Source: Promethearchaeum syntrophicum (GTDB lineage Archaea; Asgardarchaeota; Lokiarchaeia; Sigyniarchaeales; Promethearchaeaceae). From it: a stretch of 32,000 nucleotides of DNA. The position numbers and the translations under genes were made by a program. The stretch is taken from assembly GCF_008000775.2 (NCBI RefSeq), contig NZ_CP042905.2, positions 270,001 to 302,000 of the forward strand, read 5' to 3'. The notes under the pieces are model-generated. The model ran no database searches, was not told the origin of the DNA, and saw only the letters and a list, made by a program, of their open reading frames with translations. This document shows positions 1-9,094 of this stretch, piece by piece (the stretch's first letter is position 1; every line of letters starts with the position of its first letter).

Positions 1-1
1 A

Positions 2-118
2 ACGATTTACGATAATCTAACTAGATTACAAAATCATAATTTAATTCGTAAATTTTCCCGTCCTACAAATTCCCGCGGAAGACCGTTGGTATTTTTTAAA
101 TTAGTAGATGAGGATTAG
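2..118 (+). CDS. C-terminal fragment of a probable winged-helix DNA-binding regulator, truncated at its 5-prime end by the window edge
   Basis: The frame is open from nt 2 to TAG at 116-118 and translates TIYDNLTRLQNHNLIRKFSRPTNSRGRPLVFFKLVDED. The L..L...LIR......GRP..FF.L pattern resembles the recognition helix and wing of MarR/ArsR/PadR-type wHTH proteins. The fragment is very short, so the call is weak. Confidence 0.3.
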   Translation, partial: TIYDNLTRLQNHNLIRKFSRPTNSRGRPLVFFKLVDED

Positions 119-140
119 AAAATTTTAGAGGTAAAATATC

Positions 141-284
141 ATGGAGACATTAAATCAAATATTCTTAATCGGTGATACAACATATCAACGAGTTTTCAAC
201 AGAAACAACGAAGCTAATCTAATTGAAGTAAAAACTCCTGAATATTTAACATTAAAACAATCTAAAAATAGTATTTATAACTAA
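141..284 (+). CDS. small hypothetical protein (47 aa)
   Basis: ATG at 141 is preceded by GAGGT about 9 nt upstream. It translates METLNQIFLIGDTTYQRVFNRNNEANLIEVKTPEYLTLKQSKNSIYN and ends at TAA 282-284. It is not in the supplied ORF track (too short) and has no recognisable domain. Confidence 0.25.
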   Translation: METLNQIFLIGDTTYQRVFNRNNEANLIEVKTPEYLTLKQSKNSIYN

Positions 285-357
285 ATTTTTTAAAAAATTA
301 ATATCTTGAAAAGAAATTTTTTTTCTTTTCTTATTTATAAAGTGTTATTTACATCAT

Positions 358-570
358 ATGGTGATAATCGAAATGGGATTCCAAACAAACTTTCAACAAA
401 ATAACATCTATCATACGATAGAAAAAAGGCTTATTAGCATTTTAGATAAGGAAAACGCTCAAACAACTCAAAATTATAATAATTATATAATTCCTTGCAC
501 AAATTTAACAATAAAAAATTATAATGGTCTTTTAGATGTATTAAATCGAAAAATTTTAAATATAAAATAA
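358..570 (+). CDS. hypothetical 70-aa N/I/K-rich protein (doubtful)
   Basis: ORF from the supplied track. A TTTATAAAG TATA-like element lies about 20-25 nt upstream of the ATG. The composition is low-complexity and AT-driven, and there is no motif. Confidence 0.2.
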   Translation: MVIIEMGFQTNFQQNNIYHTIEKRLISILDKENAQTTQNYNNYIIPCTNLTIKNYNGLLDVLNRKILNIK

Positions 571-992
571 TAATTGTTGTCTTTTTTCAGGATTCAAAAT
601 TTGAAATTAGAGTTCCTCTGGAATAATTAACCTCATAATATAAGATAATCAATAAGATAATATCTTTTGGAGAGGGGTTTGGTGGCAATTGGAACTGAAA
701 TAAATAAAATTAGAATAATAATTAATATATTAAAAAAATAAAAATACCACATTTACAGCTTACTTATTCTATATTTATATTATTCTATCTTTTAACTAGT
801 TTGATGATGTGGTTTGGTTAACATTCTAATATGGTTAAATTAATATTTTTGTCGAGTTCGATCTTTTTTTATTTAGAATATTTCATATTTAAATGAATCT
901 AAATTGAAAAAATAAAAAACTAAGAATAGTTTTCCAATGGAAACAGTACCACTTTTCAAAAAAATTTCATATTAAGGAGAATTCAGAAAAAT

Positions 993-2185
993 ATGGAAGA
1001 AGTTGAAAAAAAAGGAACTTCAGGCAAAGTTATTGTGTTTGGAATTTTCCTGGCGACTTTCTTTTGTAGTTTTCGGGACAAGTTAATGATTTAATCACAG
1101 TTAAATATCTTCCGGCACAATTTGCTGGGGATTCAGTTATGTTTGCTTTTACTTTTTCAGCTTTCTCATTAGGTAAAATTTTAACAATGATTTTATTTGC
1201 TAAGTTAAGTGACCGAATTGGGCGTAAAAAGATTTTACTTTTAGCGTTTTCGTTGTATTCTTTAGGGACTTTTTTAGCAGGTATTGCTCAGACTCCACTT
1301 CAATTTATGATTTTTCGCTTTATCAAAGGAACAAGTGCATTTGAAGGAGTAGTATTAGCCTTAATTAACGATTATTATAAAGAGGGAGAAAGAGGAAAAG
1401 CTATGGCAATTTTTAGCGCATCCTTTGGAATTGGTGCTTTAATTGGATCAGTTTTGGGCGGTTACTTTTTAATTTGGTTTGAATACAAGACATCTTTTTT
1501 TATTTTAGGCTTTGTTACTTTGTTATCAATTTTATTCGTTTTTCTTTGTATTTCTAATCATCCTGATCAGAAAATCGAAATCATAAGAAAAACATCTGAA
1601 TATCTCAAAAAAGAAAGGAAACTTCGATTGAATAAGACTTTAAAGACAAAAAATTACATTTTAGCCGTAATAATAAATTTCCTCTTAATGTTTTGTCTTC
1701 AAGGGATATCAACTTATATGATTTTCATCATTCTAAATCATTATTTGATTCTTGAAGAACTCTCAGGATTAATCCTATTTCCAATTACTTTTTCATATAT
1801 CTTTTTTGCACTTGTAATGGGGAAAAAGGAAAACCCAATTAGAATAATTCGTTTCGGTCTAATTATTTTAACAATAAGCTTGTTTTCGGTGATAATTTTG
1901 AATTTTTATGATTTTATATTAATATTTGTAATCGCTGCAGGAATTTCCTCAAGTGCTTTAGGTGCAATCACTCCTGCTGTAGATAATTATATCTCAAGTT
2001 TCATACCAAAATCAATTCGAGGAGAAACTTTAGGAATTTATCGATCACTTTCACTAATTGGAAGCGTTTTTGGAGCTATAACTGCAGGATATTTAGGAAA
2101 TGTTTCTTGGATTTTTTCACCATTTTTAGCGATGGCATTTATAGCTTTAATTTCTTTTCTTGTTAGTTGGGTTTTTTTAAAATAG
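993..2185 (+). pseudogene. MFS (major facilitator superfamily) transporter, apparently interrupted by a 1-nt frameshift near nt 1070-1076
   Basis: The 1139..2185 ORF has multiple hydrophobic helices and the MFS loop 2-3 signature (AKLSDRIGRKKILL). A short ORF from ATG 993 (MEEVEKKGTSGKVIVFGIFLATFFCSF...) encodes the missing TM1 and stops at 1092-1094. The downstream frame is open from 1070 (FSGQVNDLITVKYLPAQFAGDSV MFAFTF...), so the two pieces join if one base is restored in the T-run at about 1070-1073. Confidence 0.6.
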
Positions 2186-2255
2186 ATTTTTAAAATCGAA
2201 AAATAAAATAAGATAAGAGAGGAAATATTACTATTTTTTGAGAGGGAGATAAAAA

Positions 2256-4607
2256 ATGGCGTTAACAACATCTGATGAATTACATAAGCAATTAACAGTA
2301 ATATTTGGATTTTCGGGTCAATTAGATATTGAAGTTGGGGAAATTATCGGAATAGGAAAACTTTCTGAGCACGAAACTAAGAAATTGACTCAATCTGTTC
2401 TAAGATTTTTAAATAATTATAATTCTATGCTTAAAGATTATGCAGGTTGTACGCTTTATTCAATTGAATTTGAATTAGAAAATCTAGGAAAACGAAATTT
2501 AGTTAGTTTAATGCCTAAATCAATGTTATTTATTCCCGGGTCGTATAAAGATTGTAATACTTTAATGTTATTACTCGCTCCAGAAATGAGTCTAGTTGAT
2601 TATACTAAATCAAGAGAAGCAATAGACGATTTAGGAAAGCTATATTTTGAAGTAGAAGAAGCAATAGATCGACCTGAACTCGAAAAAGAACAAAGACGAA
2701 AAGTACTAAAAAATTTTGCTAAAAGATTTGCTTTGAAATTGCAAGGGAATGTAATTAAAGGTAAATGGAATCGCAAAATGATCGGTATAACTTCGGGGAT
2801 TAAAGAAGACCTATATTTATCCGTCAATATCCAAAAGGAAGTTAAATGGAAAAATAAAGAAATTATCCCCTTAAAATCAAGTTTTTCTGTTCCTCGCCTT
2901 AATTTGATGAAAAAAGAACAATTTGATTTTATGAAACATTGGTTAAACCAAAGTACATCATTAGTAATTGCAAAAAATACATGTAAATTGACTGCAAATT
3001 TATTACAACTCGCTAATACCGGAACAATTAGTGAAACTCAAAAGCAGATACTAATAGCTTTCTTAAAATCTTTTATAGATTATTCTGAGCAAAATAAAAA
3101 ACTTGTAACATTTGATCAATTCAAAAGTGAAATTGAATCATTTTATACAATATATGAACAATATTTGGAGAATTTTAAAGAAAAATCAACTAACTTTATA
3201 AAAAGTGGAGAGATAAAACCTCTAAATGAGATAAATTCTTTGTATTTGAATATTTTAACTGAAAAGGACACTACATCTGTAAAAGAGAAATGTATAAATA
3301 ATCTAGCCAAAATTACCCATAATCATATATTCACTACAAAATATCGCTATCATTCTCAAGAAAAAGTTCGATCCTCCGAGTTTACAAATCCTATATTAAA
3401 TATTGAACAAAATACGCAATTAGTGTTAAAAAAAATTAAGAATGCAGTACCTTTCTATATTCAACATTATCTTTTTGATAGTTTTTTTAGTAACCTTTTA
3501 GAAATGTTGCAAAAAGAGTTTGATCTAATTAATAATAAATCAATAAAAGCATTAAGTGTAAAATTTTTAGAAAAATACGAAGATTACCTAAAAAATGAAT
3601 TAGAAAAATCATATTCTCAAATTGTTGCTACAAACCAACGAAATATTTATCTGAAATTTAAAGAGATTGCTAAAAAAACTATAGAGCCATTTATTAATTC
3701 AGTAAATATTGAAATTAAAGATTTAGTTGATTTCTGTAATATTATTTTATCGGATAACCTTGAAATGCAACCATATCTTGAACATTTGAAGAAATTTCAG
3801 GATGAAATCGATTTCTTATGGGGTTTTATTTTGAGATCATCTACTTTTCAGCGATTTTTAAAAGAATATCCAGAAGAAGAAATATTTGATCCTGAACACT
3901 TTGCTAACCGATTTATTGATTTTTTACAAAAAAAACGGTTAGGTGGGCTCCAATTAGAATGGAAAAATTATATTTTCCAATGGATTAACACATATAAATA
4001 TGAGTTTCAAACGAAATACACGAAAGATCAAGAAGGAAAAATTATTTGGCCTAAAACTAAAATAATTTCAAGTTTTATCGATTTTATTGGTAAGAAAGTA
4101 GAAGAAGAAACTACAATCCAAGGATTTTTAAATCCATTGAAAAGATATTTGGACAATATTGCAATGTCAAATATAAAAAATAAATTTGTTTTAGAAATTC
4201 TAGAAGCGTATAAATTAAGTTTAGAAATTGTACAGCAATTTCCTGACTATTTAAGGCAAGTTTTTAATAAAGCAATTGAAAATCGTCAAGAAAAATTAAT
4301 GCCACAAACAATTTCCGCCTATATTGGGGCTATACCAGATTTAGATAAAATTTTATCTGAAGAAATTGAAGAAAAATCACAATTTCTTGCTATAAAAAAA
4401 AGCCTTTATGCGTTTATCATTGAAACTGAATTAAAATATTATTCAAAGCTGTTAGCTAAACCAAAGCAGATTATACTTCAAAATTTAGATAATGAATTAT
4501 TCCAAAAGAAGATATTACAACATCGAATAGAATTTGATACATTAGGCGATAAATATATGAAAATGTCCATTTTTTCAAATTTCAAAGATGTTTATCCACG
4601 ATATTAA
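2256..4607 (+). CDS. large hypothetical protein (783 aa): possible N-terminal Roadblock/LC7-like module followed by a long all-helical region
   Basis: An uninterrupted 2.35-kb ORF in an AT-rich genome, with GAGGGAG about 9 nt upstream of the ATG. Residues about 5-135 show an alpha-beta-beta-alpha-beta-beta-alpha pattern reminiscent of Roadblock/MglB (LTVIFGFSGQLDIEVGEIIGIGK...SVLRFLNNYNSMLKDY...LYSIEFELEN...NTLMLLLAPEMSLV). The remainder is K/E/L/I-rich and helical with no catalytic motif seen. Confidence 0.8.
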   Translation: MALTTSDELHKQLTVIFGFSGQLDIEVGEIIGIGKLSEHETKKLTQSVLRFLNNYNSMLKDYAGCTLYSIEFELENLGKRNLVSLMPKSMLFIPGSYKDCNTLMLLLAPEMSLVDYTKSREAIDDLGKLYFEVEEAIDRPELEKEQRRKVLKNFAKRFALKLQGNVIKGKWNRKMIGITSGIKEDLYLSVNIQKEVKWKNKEIIPLKSSFSVPRLNLMKKEQFDFMKHWLNQSTSLVIAKNTCKLTANLLQLANTGTISETQKQILIAFLKSFIDYSEQNKKLVTFDQFKSEIESFYTIYEQYLENFKEKSTNFIKSGEIKPLNEINSLYLNILTEKDTTSVKEKCINNLAKITHNHIFTTKYRYHSQEKVRSSEFTNPILNIEQNTQLVLKKIKNAVPFYIQHYLFDSFFSNLLEMLQKEFDLINNKSIKALSVKFLEKYEDYLKNELEKSYSQIVATNQRNIYLKFKEIAKKTIEPFINSVNIEIKDLVDFCNIILSDNLEMQPYLEHLKKFQDEIDFLWGFILRSSTFQRFLKEYPEEEIFDPEHFANRFIDFLQKKRLGGLQLEWKNYIFQWINTYKYEFQTKYTKDQEGKIIWPKTKIISSFIDFIGKKVEEETTIQGFLNPLKRYLDNIAMSNIKNKFVLEILEAYKLSLEIVQQFPDYLRQVFNKAIENRQEKLMPQTISAYIGAIPDLDKILSEEIEEKSQFLAIKKSLYAFIIETELKYYSKLLAKPKQIILQNLDNELFQKKILQHRIEFDTLGDKYMKMSIFSNFKDVYPRY

Positions 4608-4621
4608 CAAGATGATGACTT

Positions 4622-7066
4622 ATGGGAGAAATAGTAGCCGTTAGGAGAAGAAAAATTGCCGAAGAGGGAATTCAGCGATTTTTTCAAAGCATATATCAAA
4701 TCCTAAATCATTTCAAAAGTAAATATGATAGAGAATTTCTGTATAAAATAACAACAGAAGAAAATACTCTTACTAATCTTATTATTGGTTCAACAACAAT
4801 CCATATTTATCATTTTCTTGGAATAAGAACTAAATCAGATGAAGAAATGGTTTCACGCACTAGAAATATAAAAGCTTTTCAAAATGCTGAAAAAAAAGAA
4901 ATATTCTCAGAACTACTTGATTTAGTCGGGGATTCAATCAATTATGAATTGGAATTCTTTAAATTATCGATAGATTATGAGGAACAAATTCTTAAATCAA
5001 TGGTTTCAGGAGAAGATCTTAACGAACGGTTTACCCTTAAATTAAGTGAACAGATTGAAGATCATATTATTGAATCCTTAAATAAATATCCAATTTCATA
5101 TTGGATTGATCATATTGGAGAATTGACAGGTTATTCAGAAGTTGTAAAAAATCAAATATTGACCGAAACAGCTGGACTCAAAATAATTGGAGCAGATTTA
5201 GAAAGAAATTTGATTGAAGAAGGGCGTAGAGATCAATACCTTGAATTAACGACATTTTCTCAATTAATTAAAAAGGCAAAAAAAGATTTTGAATTTACAT
5301 CTATTCGCGATTTAAAGATAGAAACTTTTCCAATAAAATTGATGACTAATCAAATTATAAAATATGTTATGAATTTATATCCGATTAGTACTCGAGGAAT
5401 ACATCAATATCTAAAAGCCACTGATTTAAAGAAAAAATTATTTGCAGAATTATTGGCAGCAAATAAGAAATCAACTAATTATATGAAAATGGAAGAAAGA
5501 ATCTTAAGTGAAATAAAAACAGAATTAAAAAATCAAGCTAAGTTAGATCCTAATGATTTTGTATATTTCATTCAAAATCTCTTAGAACTAAATTTTGAAG
5601 AAACATTTGCTTTATTATCTCGTTTGGGAATAGATAACGTTGCTTTATTTTGTCATGTGCAAAATTTTGATTTAGAAATGTTCTTTGAAGATATAAAATT
5701 AAATCAACTTTCTAAAATGTCTTTTATGAAAGTTGGGAAAAAGGAAAATGAACTTCAAAAAGTTGAGGATAAATTAAACGAGTTGAAAAATCGCGGGAAA
5801 ATTAAATCCGGGCTTTCAGGACAAGAATTAGTTTTAAATCCTACTCCTGAGGGGGATAAAATTATTGAATTAGCATGTCAAATGGCTAATGTAGATTGTG
5901 AAAAATATAAACAATTGTGCAAAAAGAAGCAAATTATTATTGACATAATACAGAAAAAATACCCATTAAAGGGACCATATTCTTGTTATTCTATGGTATA
6001 TGACCTTCCAGAGATTTATCAAAATTTAAGTCGACATGTTTATTACAAATACATCGAAAAGGTTTGTAGACATATTGCAAGGGTTTTAGAGACATATATA
6101 AAAATTAAAGAAGATAAAGGATTATTTTTGCAAGGATTAAGAAGGATTTTTAATTCTACTGAAGAAGAAGAATGGGTTGTAGTAAATATTGAAGAACTGA
6201 TTATTCAGAGAATAATGGATCGACAGCAAGAATTATCTATAATTTTTAATGCTGAAACAGATGCATATCTTGTGAATTCTTTCATTCTAGCTAGATTATT
6301 AGATATCGATCTAAAATCTGCATTGAACATGTTAAAAAATGAACCAAGCTCAGTTTATAGAAATTCGGCTGAATTAACGCTTCCAAGAGAACTAATTTCC
6401 CCAAGATCTTATATTATTGCATATGATATATTAACCAGATTCAAAGAACATCAAGAATTATTATTAATGAAGAAGGAGCAGGTTTTCGAATCTAATAAGG
6501 AAAAAAAGTTACAATATGAAAAAGATGTTCAAAAAGCTCGAACTTTAACAACATTGAATTGGATAGACAAGAAAATTACAAGTGGTCTAATTTCTATTTC
6601 TGCAACAACAACAAATCCAACTAAGTTATATTGGAACGAGAAAGATCAAAAAATTACCTCTGAAAATTTAAAACTTCACAGTGAACTTGAAAATATTAAA
6701 ATTTGTTCTGTATGTGGAAAAGATTTAACTAATTCTCCTTGTTCAGATCATCCTGGAAGCGAAAAGGAGGCAAATCCTGTTGATTTATTTGCTAGCTTCT
6801 ATTCTTTTGCTTTAAGTAGAATAAAATTACATTGGAGTAAAACTAAATTACCAACTTATGAAGCGATTTATAATGAAGTTTTAAATTGGGTATTAGAAAT
6901 AACAGAGAAACGTTTAGGGAAAAAAATCAATCCAGAAGAAAGTAAAAATCTCCTTGAAGGCGAACGTCTAGAAGTTTCGAATAAAATAGCTAGTTCCATT
7001 GGAATTATTCTAGATAAAGCACTTTATAAGAAATTTAAGGCAAGTATGAAAACTAGGAAAAATTGA
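4622..7066 (+). CDS. large hypothetical protein (814 aa), mostly helical, with a single CX2C-X8-CX2H zinc-knuckle-like motif near the C-terminus
   Basis: A 2.4-kb ORF starting 14 nt after the previous stop, so a likely operon partner. The motif CSVCGKDLTNSPCSDH is encoded at 6704-6751. I saw no P-loop or other enzymatic signature. Confidence 0.8.
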   Translation: MGEIVAVRRRKIAEEGIQRFFQSIYQILNHFKSKYDREFLYKITTEENTLTNLIIGSTTIHIYHFLGIRTKSDEEMVSRTRNIKAFQNAEKKEIFSELLDLVGDSINYELEFFKLSIDYEEQILKSMVSGEDLNERFTLKLSEQIEDHIIESLNKYPISYWIDHIGELTGYSEVVKNQILTETAGLKIIGADLERNLIEEGRRDQYLELTTFSQLIKKAKKDFEFTSIRDLKIETFPIKLMTNQIIKYVMNLYPISTRGIHQYLKATDLKKKLFAELLAANKKSTNYMKMEERILSEIKTELKNQAKLDPNDFVYFIQNLLELNFEETFALLSRLGIDNVALFCHVQNFDLEMFFEDIKLNQLSKMSFMKVGKKENELQKVEDKLNELKNRGKIKSGLSGQELVLNPTPEGDKIIELACQMANVDCEKYKQLCKKKQIIIDIIQKKYPLKGPYSCYSMVYDLPEIYQNLSRHVYYKYIEKVCRHIARVLETYIKIKEDKGLFLQGLRRIFNSTEEEEWVVVNIEELIIQRIMDRQQELSIIFNAETDAYLVNSFILARLLDIDLKSALNMLKNEPSSVYRNSAELTLPRELISPRSYIIAYDILTRFKEHQELLLMKKEQVFESNKEKKLQYEKDVQKARTLTTLNWIDKKITSGLISISATTTNPTKLYWNEKDQKITSENLKLHSELENIKICSVCGKDLTNSPCSDHPGSEKEANPVDLFASFYSFALSRIKLHWSKTKLPTYEAIYNEVLNWVLEITEKRLGKKINPEESKNLLEGERLEVSNKIASSIGIILDKALYKKFKASMKTRKN

Positions 7067-7130
7067 ATCGCGTTTTAAAACAAATCGAACTATAAAATTT
7101 TTATTACTTTTTCATTTTTTCATCTTAATA

Positions 7131-7391
7131 ATGGATCTAAATCTCTCTAAAATTAATAAAAAATTTTTGATTAAAGGAGCTATTTACGCACTAATGTTAA
7201 TGGTTGCACCAATTTTGGGTATTTTAATGCGTAGCGGTGGTTCTAATCAATATCTAATCTTTGGGTTTGTAGCGGCTATCAATATTATTGCAGTAATCGG
7301 TGTTTTTAAAATGTTGAAAGATGATTTATTTGAGGAAGAAAAAGAAGAAATCCATGATAAGAAAAAAAAAATAACAGAAACAACTAAATAG
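7131..7391 (+). CDS. small membrane protein (86 aa, two predicted TM helices, acidic/basic C-terminal tail)
   Basis: Hydrophobic stretches AIYALMLMVAPILGILM and YLIFGFVAAINIIAVIGVF are followed by EEEKEEIHDKKKK. A TATAAAATTTTTA element lies about 30 nt upstream of the ATG. Confidence 0.55.
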   Translation: MDLNLSKINKKFLIKGAIYALMLMVAPILGILMRSGGSNQYLIFGFVAAINIIAVIGVFKMLKDDLFEEEKEEIHDKKKKITETTK

Positions 7392-8247
7392 TTCTTAAAA
7401 TTTCCCTCCAAGGTAAATTGGGATTTCCGTATTTTTTAATTTCTTCATTAATTTCCTTTAAAACTTCAGGACTATAAATCCATGCGTCATCTTTATTAAA
7501 AGATAAACATTTTACATTTAAACCACGAATATTAAGTATTCTTCTTAAAATTAAAGCATAAAAAGCAATTTGTGGTAGAGATCTGAGGAAATAACCTTCA
7601 GGTTTGTAATCTGCTATGATCAAATTTTCCCCCTTTTTATCGTAAAGTAATAAATCTATATGTCCTGTTATTGACTTAGAATAAGAAAAATCATAATCAT
7701 TTTTTCCAATATTCATGTAATCTGTTAATTTTTTTTGTTTCCTTAACCATATTGGCGTTTCTATTGATAAAGCATTCCCAAGTTTTAATAAAATTGCCGT
7801 TAAGACAGAATCATGAGATGGTTTATAATAAGAATCTGGATCTTTTTCAAAATCTTCAAAACTTTCATTTACAATATCTAACAAATTATGGACCCATTTG
7901 TAATCCCCAATTTTAGAAGTAGGAATTGAATTTATTCGATTTATAGAACCTGTTTCTAATAATTTTTCCGATATTATTTTGTGAGCACCGCGGTTTAACT
8001 TGGTAATTTTAAAATTTGAACAACGTGTGATTTTTGAATCATTAAATAAATCAAGTGCGATTTGTTTTTTTAGAATTAAATCAAATAGACCATTTATTTT
8101 AGTCTGAATTGGTTTGGACATGAGCGAAATCACGTTTTGACGCTTTGCTAATTTAAATTCATATTTGATTCCAGAATGAAAAAATCTTTGAATTGATATC
8201 GTGTCTGTATTCTTATTTTTCAAATAGTTTTCACCAAATATCTCCAT
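7384..8247 (-). CDS. PD-(D/E)xK nuclease, Cas4/RecB-like core without an Fe-S cysteine set (paralog 1, 287 aa)
   Basis: Ordered motifs are SIETPIW (E), GHIDLLLYD (D), IIADYKPE (D-x-K) and LPQIAFYAL (QxxxY). This is the canonical RecB/Cas4-type arrangement. Only two Cys are present, so no 4-Cys cluster. The N-terminal ~150 aa is an unknown domain shared with the neighbour. Confidence 0.7.
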   Translation of the reverse strand: MEIFGENYLKNKNTDTISIQRFFHSGIKYEFKLAKRQNVISLMSKPIQTKINGLFDLILKKQIALDLFNDSKITRCSNFKITKLNRGAHKIISEKLLETGSINRINSIPTSKIGDYKWVHNLLDIVNESFEDFEKDPDSYYKPSHDSVLTAILLKLGNALSIETPIWLRKQKKLTDYMNIGKNDYDFSYSKSITGHIDLLLYDKKGENLIIADYKPEGYFLRSLPQIAFYALILRRILNIRGLNVKCLSFNKDDAWIYSPEVLKEINEEIKKYGNPNLPWREILRTI

Positions 8248-9029
8248 ATCAGATTAGGATTTCCGAATCTTTCTATGTAATAGGGGATTTGTTTCTTAAT
8301 AATTTCTGGATCATAAATCCAAAGTTTATCTTTACTAAAAGAAATACACTTAATCTTATCCAATTTCAACATTTTTTTTATAAATAACCCATAGGTGGCC
8401 ACTTGAGGCAAGCTTCGTAAAAAACCATTTTCGGGTTTGTAATCTGCTACGATTATGCTATTATCCAATTCATCATACAAGAGAAGATCAATATGTCCTG
8501 TGAATAATTCTCCGGTGATACATGAAAATTCCGTTCTTTGAATTAATTTAGTCCTAAATGATTCCAAAGTGGAGCTCCATATTGGGATTTCTATACTTAA
8601 GCTATTTTCATTTAATTCTAAGATCTTTTGAAGGATAGGACCATGTTTCGGATTTTTTTTCATCTGATAATAAAAAATATCATACCAAATTCTTGTCATT
8701 TTTACCAAATTAACAATACTCTTGGAAACGTCTTTGGGGGTATTTTCATCATTAACAAGAGTTACATAGTTATTTTTTATGAGCTCCAAAGAAATTTTTT
8801 TTAAACCATCTTTATCTAAATTCTTAAGTTTAAAACTTGAGCATCGTAAAATTTCTTTACTATTGAATAATTTTTCGGGGTATACATTCGAGCAAACTAA
8901 ATTATAATACTTAATTAATTTGTTTCCAAAATTTTGGGCAATGTTTGGCAAATGATGGCGATTTTCAACCCATTTAAACTCATATTCAACCCCGCCTTGG
9001 TAAAACTTTCGAGTTTCTATCTCAACCAA
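8220..9029 (-). CDS. PD-(D/E)xK nuclease, Cas4/RecB-like core (paralog 2, 269 aa), inferred TTG start
   Basis: It has the same motif set: SIEIPIW, GHIDLLLYD, IVADYKPE, LPQVATYGL, and the C-terminal FGNPNLIWR (versus YGNPNLPWR in paralog 1). The frame opens only 2 codons upstream of the TTG at 9029-9027, and the N-terminal conserved block (TRKFYQGGVEYEF versus IQRFFHSGIKYEF) requires a start there. Confidence 0.65.
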   Translation of the reverse strand: MVEIETRKFYQGGVEYEFKWVENRHHLPNIAQNFGNKLIKYYNLVCSNVYPEKLFNSKEILRCSSFKLKNLDKDGLKKISLELIKNNYVTLVNDENTPKDVSKSIVNLVKMTRIWYDIFYYQMKKNPKHGPILQKILELNENSLSIEIPIWSSTLESFRTKLIQRTEFSCITGELFTGHIDLLLYDELDNSIIVADYKPENGFLRSLPQVATYGLFIKKMLKLDKIKCISFSKDKLWIYDPEIIKKQIPYYIERFGNPNLIWRYLVKTI

Positions 9030-9094
9030 CTTTTCTCAAATATGAAGTAATAGCATAACTTTTAAGAGTTAACGTTAACGGATTATTTGATGTG

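Noticed and set aside
571-992. Search for tRNA, C/D-box sRNA or CRISPR repeats in the larger non-coding gaps (571-992, 9876-10424, 13797-14117, 27828-28077, 31533-31777)
   Set aside because: There are no GC-rich cloverleaf-like segments. UGAUGA-like boxes (e.g. near 803-808, and on the minus strand near 31666-31672) lack a matching CUGA box at sRNA spacing. No regularly spaced direct repeats were seen.
2038-2827. Minus-strand ORFs 2038..2271 and 2600..2827
   Set aside because: They are antisense to the MFS gene end and to the 783-aa ORF. Composition is low-complexity and there are no start signals.
8193-8387. Other antisense or overlapping short ORFs: 8193..8387+, 16584..16817-, 17703..17912-, 18173..18358+, 19484..19777+, 20625..20810+, 20688..20927-, 22913..23179+, 30356..30697+
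   Set aside because: Each lies within a longer ORF that has recognisable domains or paralog support. They are most likely non-coding shadows in an AT-rich genome.
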